DNA of 64,000 nucleotides, taken from a virus. The DNA lies in the IMG/VR virus record IMGVR_UViG_3300015371_000016, positions 1 to 64,000 of that record. The stretch is one strand, 5' to 3'. The notes under the pieces are model-generated. The model saw only the letters and a program-made list of their open reading frames with translations, ran no database searches and was not told the DNA's origin. This document shows, piece by piece, positions 19,810-28,598 of this stretch. Position 1 is the stretch's first letter. Each line of letters starts with the position of its first letter. The position numbers and the translations under genes were made by a program.

Positions 19810-21188
19810 AACGTGAGGAAGTCGCTCACGATCAGCGCTAGTCCGATCTGGGTAAAGCCGCGCTGCGGAATGTAGACGATCGTCAGGCCTCGATAGATAC
19901 CATCCTTGAAGTCCGAAGGATTGGCGCTGGCGTAATCCACGAACGGCACGGCATTTACCACAGCCTGCGCGGTGAACTGGTTTTCGTCCAGCGCTTGCAC
20001 GAAGTCGTTGGTGTTCAACTGTGTGGAGGTCACAGTGCCGACCGCCAGATTATAGGAGACCTCGTTGCTCATAAGCTGCGTCAGCCGCGCTTGCAGCCGG
20101 TTGATACCGTGCTGATCGTAGGACAGCGGATTCACCCGGTTATTCGATCCGTTGATCACTTCGTTCGCCAGAACCATGTGACCGTTGATCTGTGTGTAAT
20201 CGACCGAATACCAGTAGGAGAAGTCCCGGCCGTCCTCATTGGTGCCGTACACGATCATTGTGTTGCTGAGACCACCCTCGGCTCCAGTGGATACCCAGTT
20301 GCAATGCCCGTCTTTGAGTGCCTGCAATAGAGCGCCGTTGCCGATCGTCGGATATGCCGTCACTCCGAACAGGTACTTAAAGTTCAGAGGCGCCATCCGA
20401 TTGATCGGCCCAGGTCGATACGAGAGCGACTGATAGAACGCGGCGGCTAAGGAGAACTCCGCAGCCGGACGGGACGGCGCCTCGACCATCGAGATGACGC
20501 ACTTCATAGTGTCAGTGTAGCTCGTGTAATTGCTGGTCGTGGTCGTGACCCAGAAATACGTGAGCGAAGTCGGCGCTTCATAGGACGCGAGAAGAGTGAG
20601 GAAACTTGCGACCGCATCCCATGAGCGAGGCACAAGGAAGGAATATACTGTGGCCGGATTGCTGAGCAGCCACGATGTCAGCGTGGTCACACCATCGGCC
20701 GCACCGCCTGGGCCAAGCTCCAACACATAGACGCTTTGCATTGTGCCTTGAGCAAAATACGTCGTGGCCATCGATAGCACTTCGGCTACCGAGACCATCG
20801 TATAGGTGCCCGGCACCGTCTCAGTTCCCGGATTTACGGCGACCTGATAGGTGAATGTGCTTGCGCCCGTCACTGTCGCGGTGAATGTACCGTTGTAGCC
20901 GCTGGGCGCTGCTCCGGCGATCGTAACATGCACCGTGGATGCGTTAGTAAGACCGTGCGGCGCTGCCGTGGTTGCGGTCACCGTGCCCGTCGCCCACGTT
21001 AATGTCGAGATCGCTTTAGAAAGCGATCCCGGCTGTATGGCCGCTAGGTCGGCGACGCCAGTGAGCAGCGTCAGCGTGCCCGTCGCAGTATTGGTGCCGC
21101 CCTGCGAGATGAACGCACCGGTCTGTTGGAGCAGCGACGGAGTCGGCGCCTGTACCAGGCTTACAGAGACCTCGACAATTTGAACCAT
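19806..21188 (-). CDS. Tail sheath protein (DUF3383-like)
   Basis: IVEVSVS...LQQTGAFISQGGT...GAEGGLSN...FSYWYSVDY...INGSNN...PLSYDQHGINRL. Confidence 0.8.
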   Translation of the reverse strand: MVQIVEVSVSLVQAPTPSLLQQTGAFISQGGTNTATGTLTLLTGVADLAAIQPGSLSKAISTLTWATGTVTATTAAPHGLTNASTVHVTIAGAAPSGYNGTFTATVTGASTFTYQVAVNPGTETVPGTYTMVSVAEVLSMATTYFAQGTMQSVYVLELGPGGAADGVTTLTSWLLSNPATVYSFLVPRSWDAVASFLTLLASYEAPTSLTYFWVTTTTSNYTSYTDTMKCVISMVEAPSRPAAEFSLAAAFYQSLSYRPGPINRMAPLNFKYLFGVTAYPTIGNGALLQALKDGHCNWVSTGAEGGLSNTMIVYGTNEDGRDFSYWYSVDYTQINGHMVLANEVINGSNNRVNPLSYDQHGINRLQARLTQLMSNEVSYNLAVGTVTSTQLNTNDFVQALDENQFTAQAVVNAVPFVDYASANPSDFKDGIYRGLTIVYIPQRGFTQIGLALIVSDFLTF

Positions 21189-21213
21189 GGAAGCAGCTCC
21201 GTCGCGTGAGGGA

Positions 21214-21519
21214 CTACGCCAGCGAAACCGCGAGCGTCATGCCGGCACCAGGGAATACCGTGACGCCGGTGGCAAACGGGCATTCGATCGTGTAGACGCC
21301 GACAGTGGCGGGAATGGTGAAGACCAGTTTTGCTGCCGCCGTGTTCGCTACTGCGGCGCAATCATAGAGTCCACCGGCTGCGGTGCTAGCAGCATTAACG
21401 AACACGCGCGATACTTTGGCTGGCGTCGTCTTCAGTGCGGTTCCGGCTGTGGCGGTGATGTTCGCGACGTAACCGGTCGCGTGCATAACCTCGCGGATGA
21501 GCTGTGCTCCCTGCGGCAT
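21214..21519 (-). CDS. Small virion protein, paralog of 243..533
   Basis: Paralogy; AGGAG RBS. Confidence 0.65.
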   Translation of the reverse strand: MPQGAQLIREVMHATGYVANITATAGTALKTTPAKVSRVFVNAASTAAGGLYDCAAVANTAAAKLVFTIPATVGVYTIECPFATGVTVFPGAGMTLAVSLA

Positions 21520-21539
21520 GGGTCGAACTCCTGTTAGAT

Positions 21540-22541
21540 TTACGAGATGGCGGCGCTAAACCCTGCCACCGCTGCGAAGCGCCCTGCGGTGCGCATAGAA
21601 CCTTCCGGCATAATCTGGACTGTCGCTTCGAGGATTAACTGCCTCGCGATGTCGTTGATCCTGGTCTGGACATAGGACACATCCAATTCGATCGTCTTAC
21701 GCTGAGCGATCACCATGCCTTCTGACCACGGCATCTTTTCGTCACGGATCGTCGGCATGCTCATAAGACCGAAGGCATTATAATCGTCCGAGTATTGCAG
21801 GATCAGGTCGAGCAGATCGGCTGCAATCTCATTATTGCAGCCGTAGAGCGTGATCCGCACATGCTCGCGCGTGAGCTGGTAGTGGCTGTACTTCTGCGAA
21901 AGCCACGGGATGTCCTGCAACGCCTCGGCCGGTTCGATGTGCACCGCACCATAGGGCGGCTCCTGATTGTCCGGCACCAAGTAGGACGGATAGAGCGTGA
22001 TCTGTGGATTGCGGTTCTTCGGCCAAGTAACCCAGACCGGCAGGTAACTCACCAGCTTGAGCCACGCCGGCAGGCTGCCTGAGACGATCACCTTCGACGG
22101 ATCGAGCTGCGAGCTATCGTCCACAAGCTGCGTCGCCATCGATGGATTGATGCCATCGCCCTGGTAGTGCCACACGCCGGCTTGCGGATAGAACCAGCCA
22201 TAGCGGCCGAACGCATAGCGCTGATCACCAATTTCGCCGATCACCAGAGTCTGGCTGTCCTGCGCGTTCAGGTCTTGAACCTGCTCCTGTGTGGTGAAGA
22301 TCACCGTGTTGCGCGCGCGGGTCTCACTCTCCTCTTGCACCCGCGTTGCGGCATAGTGGATCGACCCTGGCTGTTCAAAGCCTCCGGTGCGTATCCAGAA
22401 CACGTAGCCGTCTAAGGGAAGAACGATCTTTTGGTAGATCGTGAAGCAGACCGTCGTTGCCTGCGAGATATCGGCTATGCCAGCAGCAAGCGCGTCATGC
22501 AATGGTCCGCCGGCTGCCGACAATTCCTCAAGTGTCGGCAT
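21540..22541 (-). CDS. Head-tail / tail completion protein
   Basis: VLPLDGYVFW...YPSYLVPDNQEPPYGAVHI; synteny. Confidence 0.65.
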   Translation of the reverse strand: MPTLEELSAAGGPLHDALAAGIADISQATTVCFTIYQKIVLPLDGYVFWIRTGGFEQPGSIHYAATRVQEESETRARNTVIFTTQEQVQDLNAQDSQTLVIGEIGDQRYAFGRYGWFYPQAGVWHYQGDGINPSMATQLVDDSSQLDPSKVIVSGSLPAWLKLVSYLPVWVTWPKNRNPQITLYPSYLVPDNQEPPYGAVHIEPAEALQDIPWLSQKYSHYQLTREHVRITLYGCNNEIAADLLDLILQYSDDYNAFGLMSMPTIRDEKMPWSEGMVIAQRKTIELDVSYVQTRINDIARQLILEATVQIMPEGSMRTAGRFAAVAGFSAAIS

Positions 22542-22761
22542 CTAGCTCGCTCACGATCGGCCACATGGTTGCCTCGCCGTAGAGGTCTGGCTTGCGCCGG
22601 ATGTAAACCTTGCTCTGGTAGAGGATTAGATCGTATGCGATCCCGTCGTCCGGGATATGCACAGTCGTGGCGATCTGTCCTGAGCGGATTAGTCGGATGG
22701 TCCGCGTTCGCCTTCTAGGCTGAGGCTTTCGTGGCGCCTCGAATGCAGCCATTCCAGACAT
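22528..22761 (-). CDS. Hypothetical protein
   Basis: Co-oriented ORF overlapping the next start. Confidence 0.45.
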   Translation of the reverse strand: MSGMAAFEAPRKPQPRRRTRTIRLIRSGQIATTVHIPDDGIAYDLILYQSKVYIRRKPDLYGEATMWPIVSELDADT

Positions 22762-22860
22762 TGCAAGGTTCCACCCCTCTCACGGCGTATGTGGTCAAGC
22801 ATCACCCACACCACTGCGCCAAAGAAAATCAGGATCATCGCTTGGATCAGTAGAAACACG

Positions 22861-23328
22861 TCAGTCCACCCAGGCACGGAAGCTGCTCGAAAGCAGCCCG
22901 GTGTCGAAGAAGCTGGCCCGAGGCTGGCCGGGCTGCACGTTGCTCTGGCGCCCGCCACGACGCCGATATGGGCGCTTCCACGAGTGCCGCACGCCGTCCA
23001 GCGCAGCTTGTGTCGGCACGCCGGGTATCCGTCCGTCATAGAGCTGCTTGTCGATCGCGTCGCGGAAGGCTTCCTCGATCTTGCCGGTCGCCGAGGCGAA
23101 CGCGTTGGCGCGCAGCCGATCGATATCCGCTCGCGGTCGCATGACCATCGTCTCGACCGTGCCCATCAGGGCATTGGTCACTTCGTCCTGAATTTGCTGG
23201 CCGTGCATATCGGCGAACACACTGAATAGGCCGTATTTGCCCTCCAGTATGTCGCCGATCTCGCCGGTCGTCTTGGCGCCAGCTTGACCGTAGTGCTGGT
23301 CCAGGACGCCCAGATGCAACGTGAGCAC
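22861..23328 (-). CDS. Virion morphogenesis (neck) protein
   Basis: LHLGVLD...TTGEIGDILEGKYGLF...PGVPTQAALDGV...RASFFDTGL. Confidence 0.7.
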   Translation of the reverse strand: MLTLHLGVLDQHYGQAGAKTTGEIGDILEGKYGLFSVFADMHGQQIQDEVTNALMGTVETMVMRPRADIDRLRANAFASATGKIEEAFRDAIDKQLYDGRIPGVPTQAALDGVRHSWKRPYRRRGGRQSNVQPGQPRASFFDTGLLSSSFRAWVD

Positions 23329-23494
23329 GGGATTCAGTCCTCCGGAGCCGTCTCGTCGCTGCTAGGCGCCGGTTGCTGCTCGGCAGCATTGGGCGTGAAG
23401 GACTCCGTCGCGACGCTGCCTCGCGGAAAGGCGTGCGTCTTTCGATAGTGGACGACTTCCGGCGACATGCCCTCGTAAGGAGACTGAGCGACCA

Positions 23495-24040
23495 TCAGGC
23501 TGCCGGCGGCTCTGCTGGCGGTTCGGCCGGCGGCTGGGATGGCGTGTTCGCTGCCACGGCGTCGGCCATGGCATGGGTATCTGCGTCGATGGTGGTGGCT
23601 AGGGCATCGAGAGCAGCAAGCTGTTCGGGCGTCGCGCCCCGAGCCATCGCCTCCTGCACTGCGGTCCTGATCAGCTCAGGCACTCCCGCAATAAAGGCGA
23701 CAACCGCGTCCTTTTCGTTGGTCAGCGCTTCGACCTTGGACTTCAGGTTTTCGTAGGCCGCAGAAACCGTCTCAGACATGGTTATGATCTCCTGTTGTAT
23801 GTTGTCGAACCGTTGATCCACATACTCAAAGTAAGGCTTGAGCGCAGCGAGGATCGCCGCTGCGTTCTCCTCTGCCGTCGGTGGCGTTACTCCGATCCGG
23901 CGAATTAACTGGTGCAGTGTCTTATGCACTTCTTCCTGCGCTGCATAGAGTTGCCGCGCAATGTGATCTAACAGACCGATCACATCAGCGATCGTTGTTA
24001 CCCTTGATCTAGGCTGTGGTTCCCATGGCGCCTGCGCCAT
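23495..24040 (-). CDS. Hypothetical coiled-coil protein
   Basis: 181-aa ORF coupled to the upstream stop. Confidence 0.55.
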   Translation of the reverse strand: MAQAPWEPQPRSRVTTIADVIGLLDHIARQLYAAQEEVHKTLHQLIRRIGVTPPTAEENAAAILAALKPYFEYVDQRFDNIQQEIITMSETVSAAYENLKSKVEALTNEKDAVVAFIAGVPELIRTAVQEAMARGATPEQLAALDALATTIDADTHAMADAVAANTPSQPPAEPPAEPPAA

Positions 24041-24528
24041 TAGAATGCCCTCCGCCCGGTGGTCAGACCCCAGATGTTGCCGCCGTAGTTCTGTGCGTAA
24101 TCGAGATACGCCCGACCATACGGCGTCTTCATCATCTGCAAATCAGTCAGCGTCATGCTCTTGGCTGCCGCGATGATCTCCAGCGTTTGCGACGTTCCCT
24201 GGTCCGACGATGATACCACAAGCCCAGCGGAGAAAGAGTGAAGTCCTAGTGACGACCGCAAGTCGCGGAAGAAGCACTGTCCTGCCGCGTCATTCGCTAG
24301 ATTAAGCAGTCGGTCGGCGCCGTAATTATAGACCGCCATGGTATATACCGAGCGTCCACAATCAGCCCAGATCAGCGCGTCGTTGACGGTGGCTCTCGCC
24401 ATGTCGAACGTCGCTTGCACCCAGAGCGAATCGTCCGGCAGATACTCTGGGCCTATACCCACGCCTTCGCGCAGGAAGGCAAGATAGCCTTCGATCGTCG
24501 GCCCGTTGGTTATCTGCGTGAAGCTCAT
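24040..24528 (-). CDS. Head-tail adaptor (DUF4054-like)
   Basis: AVYNYGAD...GLVVSSSDQGTS...DLQMMKTPYGRAYL. Confidence 0.7.
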   Translation of the reverse strand: MSFTQITNGPTIEGYLAFLREGVGIGPEYLPDDSLWVQATFDMARATVNDALIWADCGRSVYTMAVYNYGADRLLNLANDAAGQCFFRDLRSSLGLHSFSAGLVVSSSDQGTSQTLEIIAAAKSMTLTDLQMMKTPYGRAYLDYAQNYGGNIWGLTTGRRAF

Positions 24529-25058
24529 CCCGTCCTGCTGCGCAGCTCTCTCGGCACTAGGCGATCGATCTTGATGCCCTCACCGAATTTCGGGTTGTCG
24601 CTGTCCTCAAGCGTCTCGACGGAGACCGAGCGAAGCTCAGCGGAACCGCGTATGGCTCCGTTGTGCTGCGCTTCCATTAGGTTCTGTTCCACAGCCAAGC
24701 TGAAGGCCGCCGCACCCTCTTGGCGCTGCTGCAAGGCTAGATCGAACAGAGCACCTTGATTGTGGTCCACGCCATAGTGCAGCTTGTCGAGAGGCACGGG
24801 CTCGTCGAACGAATAGACCAGTCGGGCGAAGCCCTTGAATCTGATCAGATCGCTAGCCTCGACGATACCGTATTGACGGTGCTGCTCTACTATGCGGTCC
24901 AGAACGATAAGCGGCGCTTCGCCATAGATTTGCTGCTGCGCGCCGCCCGCGATGATCTGCGTCCGCTCTGGACCAAAGGAAAAATCTTCTTCGGCAGGCA
25001 CCCGATACTTGAACTGATGTTCCTGCCGAGAAAGATTCGCGACGTAAAGCTTAGCTAT
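24525..25058 (-). CDS. Virion protein following the major capsid gene (probable ATA start)
   Basis: TAG-GAGG-CAGCC-ATA GCT AAG CTT TAC GTC GCG AAT = (M)AKLYVANLSRQEHQFKYR, in frame with ORF 24525..25001. Confidence 0.65.
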   Translation of the reverse strand: MAKLYVANLSRQEHQFKYRVPAEEDFSFGPERTQIIAGGAQQQIYGEAPLIVLDRIVEQHRQYGIVEASDLIRFKGFARLVYSFDEPVPLDKLHYGVDHNQGALFDLALQQRQEGAAAFSLAVEQNLMEAQHNGAIRGSAELRSVSVETLEDSDNPKFGEGIKIDRLVPRELRSRTG

Positions 25059-25067
25059 GGCTGCCTC

Positions 25068-26090
25068 CTATTGATACTGCATCGAGATCACGGTCAGCGC
25101 CTCGGGACGGATCAGCCAGCCCGGCGTCGCGCGCCACTCTGACAGCACGTCGATCGCTCCGCCGGCGAGCGGTGTCGGAATCTCTCTCGGAGCCGCCATG
25201 TCGAGATACTGCAACGAGCAAGCGTCCAGCCCCGGAGAGAGCTGAGCAAACTCATTGGTATTGAACGGACGACCGACAGGCTTCTGCACCTCGGGCATGA
25301 TCAGCAGAATCGCGTCGGTGCCGCCGGCACCCTTGCCGATCAGCGTGTCGTCATAGGCCCAGGCGATCTGGTCGCCGTTGTCGGTCTCGACGATATCGAT
25401 CACGCCCTTGGTGGTCGCGGAGCCTGCACCAGGACGCTGGAACGCCGTGAGCTGCACGATGTTTTGCGTCGCCATGCCACCCAAGATGCGTGCCGGACCT
25501 AGCACCACGAAGCGGTTCGGCATACCGAACTGCATCGTCCGTGCCTTCAGCGCGGCGATCTGCGTCAGGAAGAAAATGGCGAGCTGGCCATTGTCGTAAG
25601 TGACGAAGGTGGTGTTGCCGCCACCATCAGCCGGCAGCGATACGGTAGTGGCACCCGGAGCATTAAGCAGGCCCTCGTTGTTGCCCGGATTCATGCCGTA
25701 GAGCAGCATGTTCCGTAGCAACTGGAAGTGCCCCTGTCGCATACCGAGGCGCTGCACCTCGACGATCGAGGCACCCCACTCGGCGGTGGCCGCAGTGTCG
25801 TGATGATCATATTCAGCGCGCACCCTGTTAAGGTATGTCGGCACTGAGATGGTGTTCATCGCCACGTTGACGTTCGGGAGCTGATTATAGGCGCTCTGTC
25901 CCGACGCCACTCTCGTGCGAATGTCGAACCTCTTAATGTAGACATAAAGGTCCTCGTTGCCGATGCGCACTCGCGGATCACCGCCCGCGAGCGTTTCGAA
26001 TGCACCGGATGCTTGATTGTATGGGAGCAGGATATCCGGCTCGATAAAGCTGGGATGCACCTGCGTCCAAGAGGGCGAGATAGTTGCCAT
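25068..26090 (-). CDS. Major capsid protein
   Basis: 340 aa; VRAEYDHHDTAA...LLYGMNP...EGLLN...APREIPTP...EWRATPGW; follows scaffold and decoration genes. Confidence 0.85.
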   Translation of the reverse strand: MATISPSWTQVHPSFIEPDILLPYNQASGAFETLAGGDPRVRIGNEDLYVYIKRFDIRTRVASGQSAYNQLPNVNVAMNTISVPTYLNRVRAEYDHHDTAATAEWGASIVEVQRLGMRQGHFQLLRNMLLYGMNPGNNEGLLNAPGATTVSLPADGGGNTTFVTYDNGQLAIFFLTQIAALKARTMQFGMPNRFVVLGPARILGGMATQNIVQLTAFQRPGAGSATTKGVIDIVETDNGDQIAWAYDDTLIGKGAGGTDAILLIMPEVQKPVGRPFNTNEFAQLSPGLDACSLQYLDMAAPREIPTPLAGGAIDVLSEWRATPGWLIRPEALTVISMQYQ

Positions 26091-26141
26091 CGGACTTTAC
26101 CTTCTAACTATGTGAGAGGCGCATCACCCGCGCCCGGGTTT

Positions 26142-27035
26142 TTAGATCAGAATGACAGCGGTGCTGCCGGTGTTGTCCCAGCGGGCAACGTTGTTCACCG
26201 CGTCGTAGACGATCACCTTCGAATTGCCGATGTTCAGCCCGAGAATCTTGCAGGCCAAAGCACCGCCGCCGTAGTTCAGCAAGATGGTGCCGGCGATCGT
26301 GCCCCAGGTGCCCTGGTTGGTCGGCAGGTTGAAAGTAAACACCGTCGAGGAAACCACACTGGCGATCCTCTGCGCGGTATTCAGCAAGCCAACCGGAGCA
26401 GTGCCGGAGTTGGTTGCCCCGGAAATCACCACAGTGTCGCCGGCCGTCAGTGTCCAGCCGGAAATCGCACCTGAGAGCGTCGCAGTAGCCACGCCGCTCG
26501 CTACCGTGATGCCGGTGATGCTCGCGGTGCCGGCGGATGCCTGATACGGCTGAAGCACCTGAGCAGTCGTGTCCCAGGAGACCTGTGCGTTCTCGACGCC
26601 GCCCTCTAGCGAGGCTAGGGCAGGGTCGGCTTTGACCACGACACGCGCACCGCTGCCGAGCCTATGGAAGTGCACCGACATCAGATTGCCCGCAGTCGGC
26701 GCAATATCGCCGCCCGGCGCGACCATCATGTTGTGCGCTTGATTGTAGACGCTGAAGCCCTGAATGAGCGCGGTCGTGGTCGCACGTCCCACGATCGGCC
26801 CAAGATTGTCCTGCGGCAAGGCGGTCTGTATCGGCGGATATCCAAGATTGAGGTACAGACCTACGCCGCCCCACATCGGCAGCGTCTCGGCAGCCGCGAG
26901 CACACCACCAGACAACGAGAAGCGCGTCGCAGGATCGTCGAGCGCCACACCTTGAATGTAGCCCTCGCTCTGAACAGAGAAGGTCCCTGCGGCGGTGGTG
27001 ACCGCCATAGGGTTGAACGAGATGTTAGCGGCCAT
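26142..27035 (-). CDS. Capsid decoration / minor head protein
   Basis: ISFNPM...GYIQGVALDDPATRF...ETLPMWGGV. Confidence 0.7.
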   Translation of the reverse strand: MAANISFNPMAVTTAAGTFSVQSEGYIQGVALDDPATRFSLSGGVLAAAETLPMWGGVGLYLNLGYPPIQTALPQDNLGPIVGRATTTALIQGFSVYNQAHNMMVAPGGDIAPTAGNLMSVHFHRLGSGARVVVKADPALASLEGGVENAQVSWDTTAQVLQPYQASAGTASITGITVASGVATATLSGAISGWTLTAGDTVVISGATNSGTAPVGLLNTAQRIASVVSSTVFTFNLPTNQGTWGTIAGTILLNYGGGALACKILGLNIGNSKVIVYDAVNNVARWDNTGSTAVILI

Positions 27036-27048
27036 TTACGGCGCTCCC

Positions 27049-28059
27049 TTAGTACAGGTTAGGATTGGTGTTGATGCGACGGACGCGCGCCGAAGGCATG
27101 CGGAACGGTGCCAAAGCGCCGTTGACCGCACCGACCGGGCCGACGAATTCGCTGATGACACGACCGGTGCGATCAGTCCTGCGGATTTCCCGCAGCATGC
27201 CGCCCTCTGCCGGATCGACCCGATACGCAGCAGACGCGGTGTCTGCCCTGATCTCGGGAGCGATAATCTTCGAGATCACGTCAGGAGGCATCTGCGAGAG
27301 ATCGGTGTCCTTCCACTTCGGCGAATACTTCTGGAAGGCGCGGGACATGCGGCGGTCATAAGTATTGATCCGCTCGCCATCCATGGGACGGATCGGCGTG
27401 GTGCCGTGCATTTGGGCCACACGAGCCCACTCCTGCTGACGCTCGGCGAGATCGTTCATCTCATCGTCGGTCATAGGACGTGGGCGCTTTACTTCACGCT
27501 GCAAGCGAGCGATCTGCTCGCGCATCGCCTGCATCTCGCGGGCGGTGGCGTCAGCACGCGCATCACTGCGCTCTGCATCCTTTTTCTCGTCCTTGTCCTC
27601 TTCGTCCGCGTCACCGCGCCAAGAGGCTCGATTCTTGGAATTCACGTTGTCGGACTCCCAGTCCTTACGATCCTTGCGACGATCATCATCGGCCGCCATA
27701 GGTGCTGGATCACCCGCTTCGTCGTCGCGCTTCTCTTCTTTGTCGTCCTCGTCCTTATCCTTGTCCTCATCCTCGGACTCGTCGGACTTCGCCTCTTTCT
27801 TATCGTCATCGTCGTCTTCGTCTTCAGCCTCGTCCGCCTTAGACGCGTCGGCCTTGCGCTTGCCACCGAACAGCGTGTCGCGCGCGGCATCCTTAGCCGC
27901 CTTATCGTCGGCACGATCGGCATCCGCCTTAGTGTCAGCGCTGTCTTTGCGGCTCATGATGTAATCGGCCAACTTCTCAAACTTAGTCATGAGGCCGCCG
28001 AGGCCGACTTCTAGTGCAGCGATCTTTTCATCACTGGTTGGCGCCTGGTTGTCAGCCAT
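27049..28059 (-). CDS. Scaffold protein
   Basis: Highly charged D/E/K tract; start MADNQAP after GGAGA; lies between protease and capsid. Confidence 0.7.
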   Translation of the reverse strand: MADNQAPTSDEKIAALEVGLGGLMTKFEKLADYIMSRKDSADTKADADRADDKAAKDAARDTLFGGKRKADASKADEAEDEDDDDDKKEAKSDESEDEDKDKDEDDKEEKRDDEAGDPAPMAADDDRRKDRKDWESDNVNSKNRASWRGDADEEDKDEKKDAERSDARADATAREMQAMREQIARLQREVKRPRPMTDDEMNDLAERQQEWARVAQMHGTTPIRPMDGERINTYDRRMSRAFQKYSPKWKDTDLSQMPPDVISKIIAPEIRADTASAAYRVDPAEGGMLREIRRTDRTGRVISEFVGPVGAVNGALAPFRMPSARVRRINTNPNLY

Positions 28060-28168
28060 GGCATCTCTCCTTCGCCGGCAACCCGGCCATGAACCTCGCG
28101 CATTAGGCAAGCGCACGGCGGGCGAGGATCGCGCCGTGTTCAGAGGAAAGGGATTAGAAGTGCCGAGA

Positions 28169-28594
28169 CTACGTCGGCGGCTCCTTAAAATACGGGTGGA
28201 CTTGCATGATGTGCCCCTGCAAATCGATCCGCATGTCTTGCACTATGCGCGCCAGATTCGAAGTGCTGATGTCCATCGTCGCCAGTTTCTGATTGATCAG
28301 CGCTAGCGCCTCGCGGCCATTATCGCGCGCGCGTTCCATGTCTGACATTCGCTGCGCAAGATTCGTGAGCACCTCAGACTGCTGCGCGTTGGTCGCCATA
28401 CCGGCCGTAATCGCTTCGTTTGCCCGAATCGTCATCGCGCTCATCTGCGCTTCCATCCGGGTCATTCTTTCGGCGTCCCTATCGACGACGCCAGAGATGT
28501 GGCCAAAGCCGATCAACAAGCCGGCGGAAGTAAGCAGCGCCGTAAGGGCATACTTCGCCCACTCGGGAAGCCGTCGAATTGCTTCATCGACCAC
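28169..28594 (-). CDS. Membrane-anchored coiled-coil protein (holin/spanin-like?)
   Basis: N-terminal TM segment ALTALLTSAGLLIGFG followed by a coiled coil. Confidence 0.5.
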   Translation of the reverse strand: MVDEAIRRLPEWAKYALTALLTSAGLLIGFGHISGVVDRDAERMTRMEAQMSAMTIRANEAITAGMATNAQQSEVLTNLAQRMSDMERARDNGREALALINQKLATMDISTSNLARIVQDMRIDLQGHIMQVHPYFKEPPT

Positions 28595-28598
28595 CGCA

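Noticed and set aside
26995-28014. 339-aa plus-strand hydrophobic ORF
   Set aside because: Antisense of the D/E/K-rich scaffold gene.
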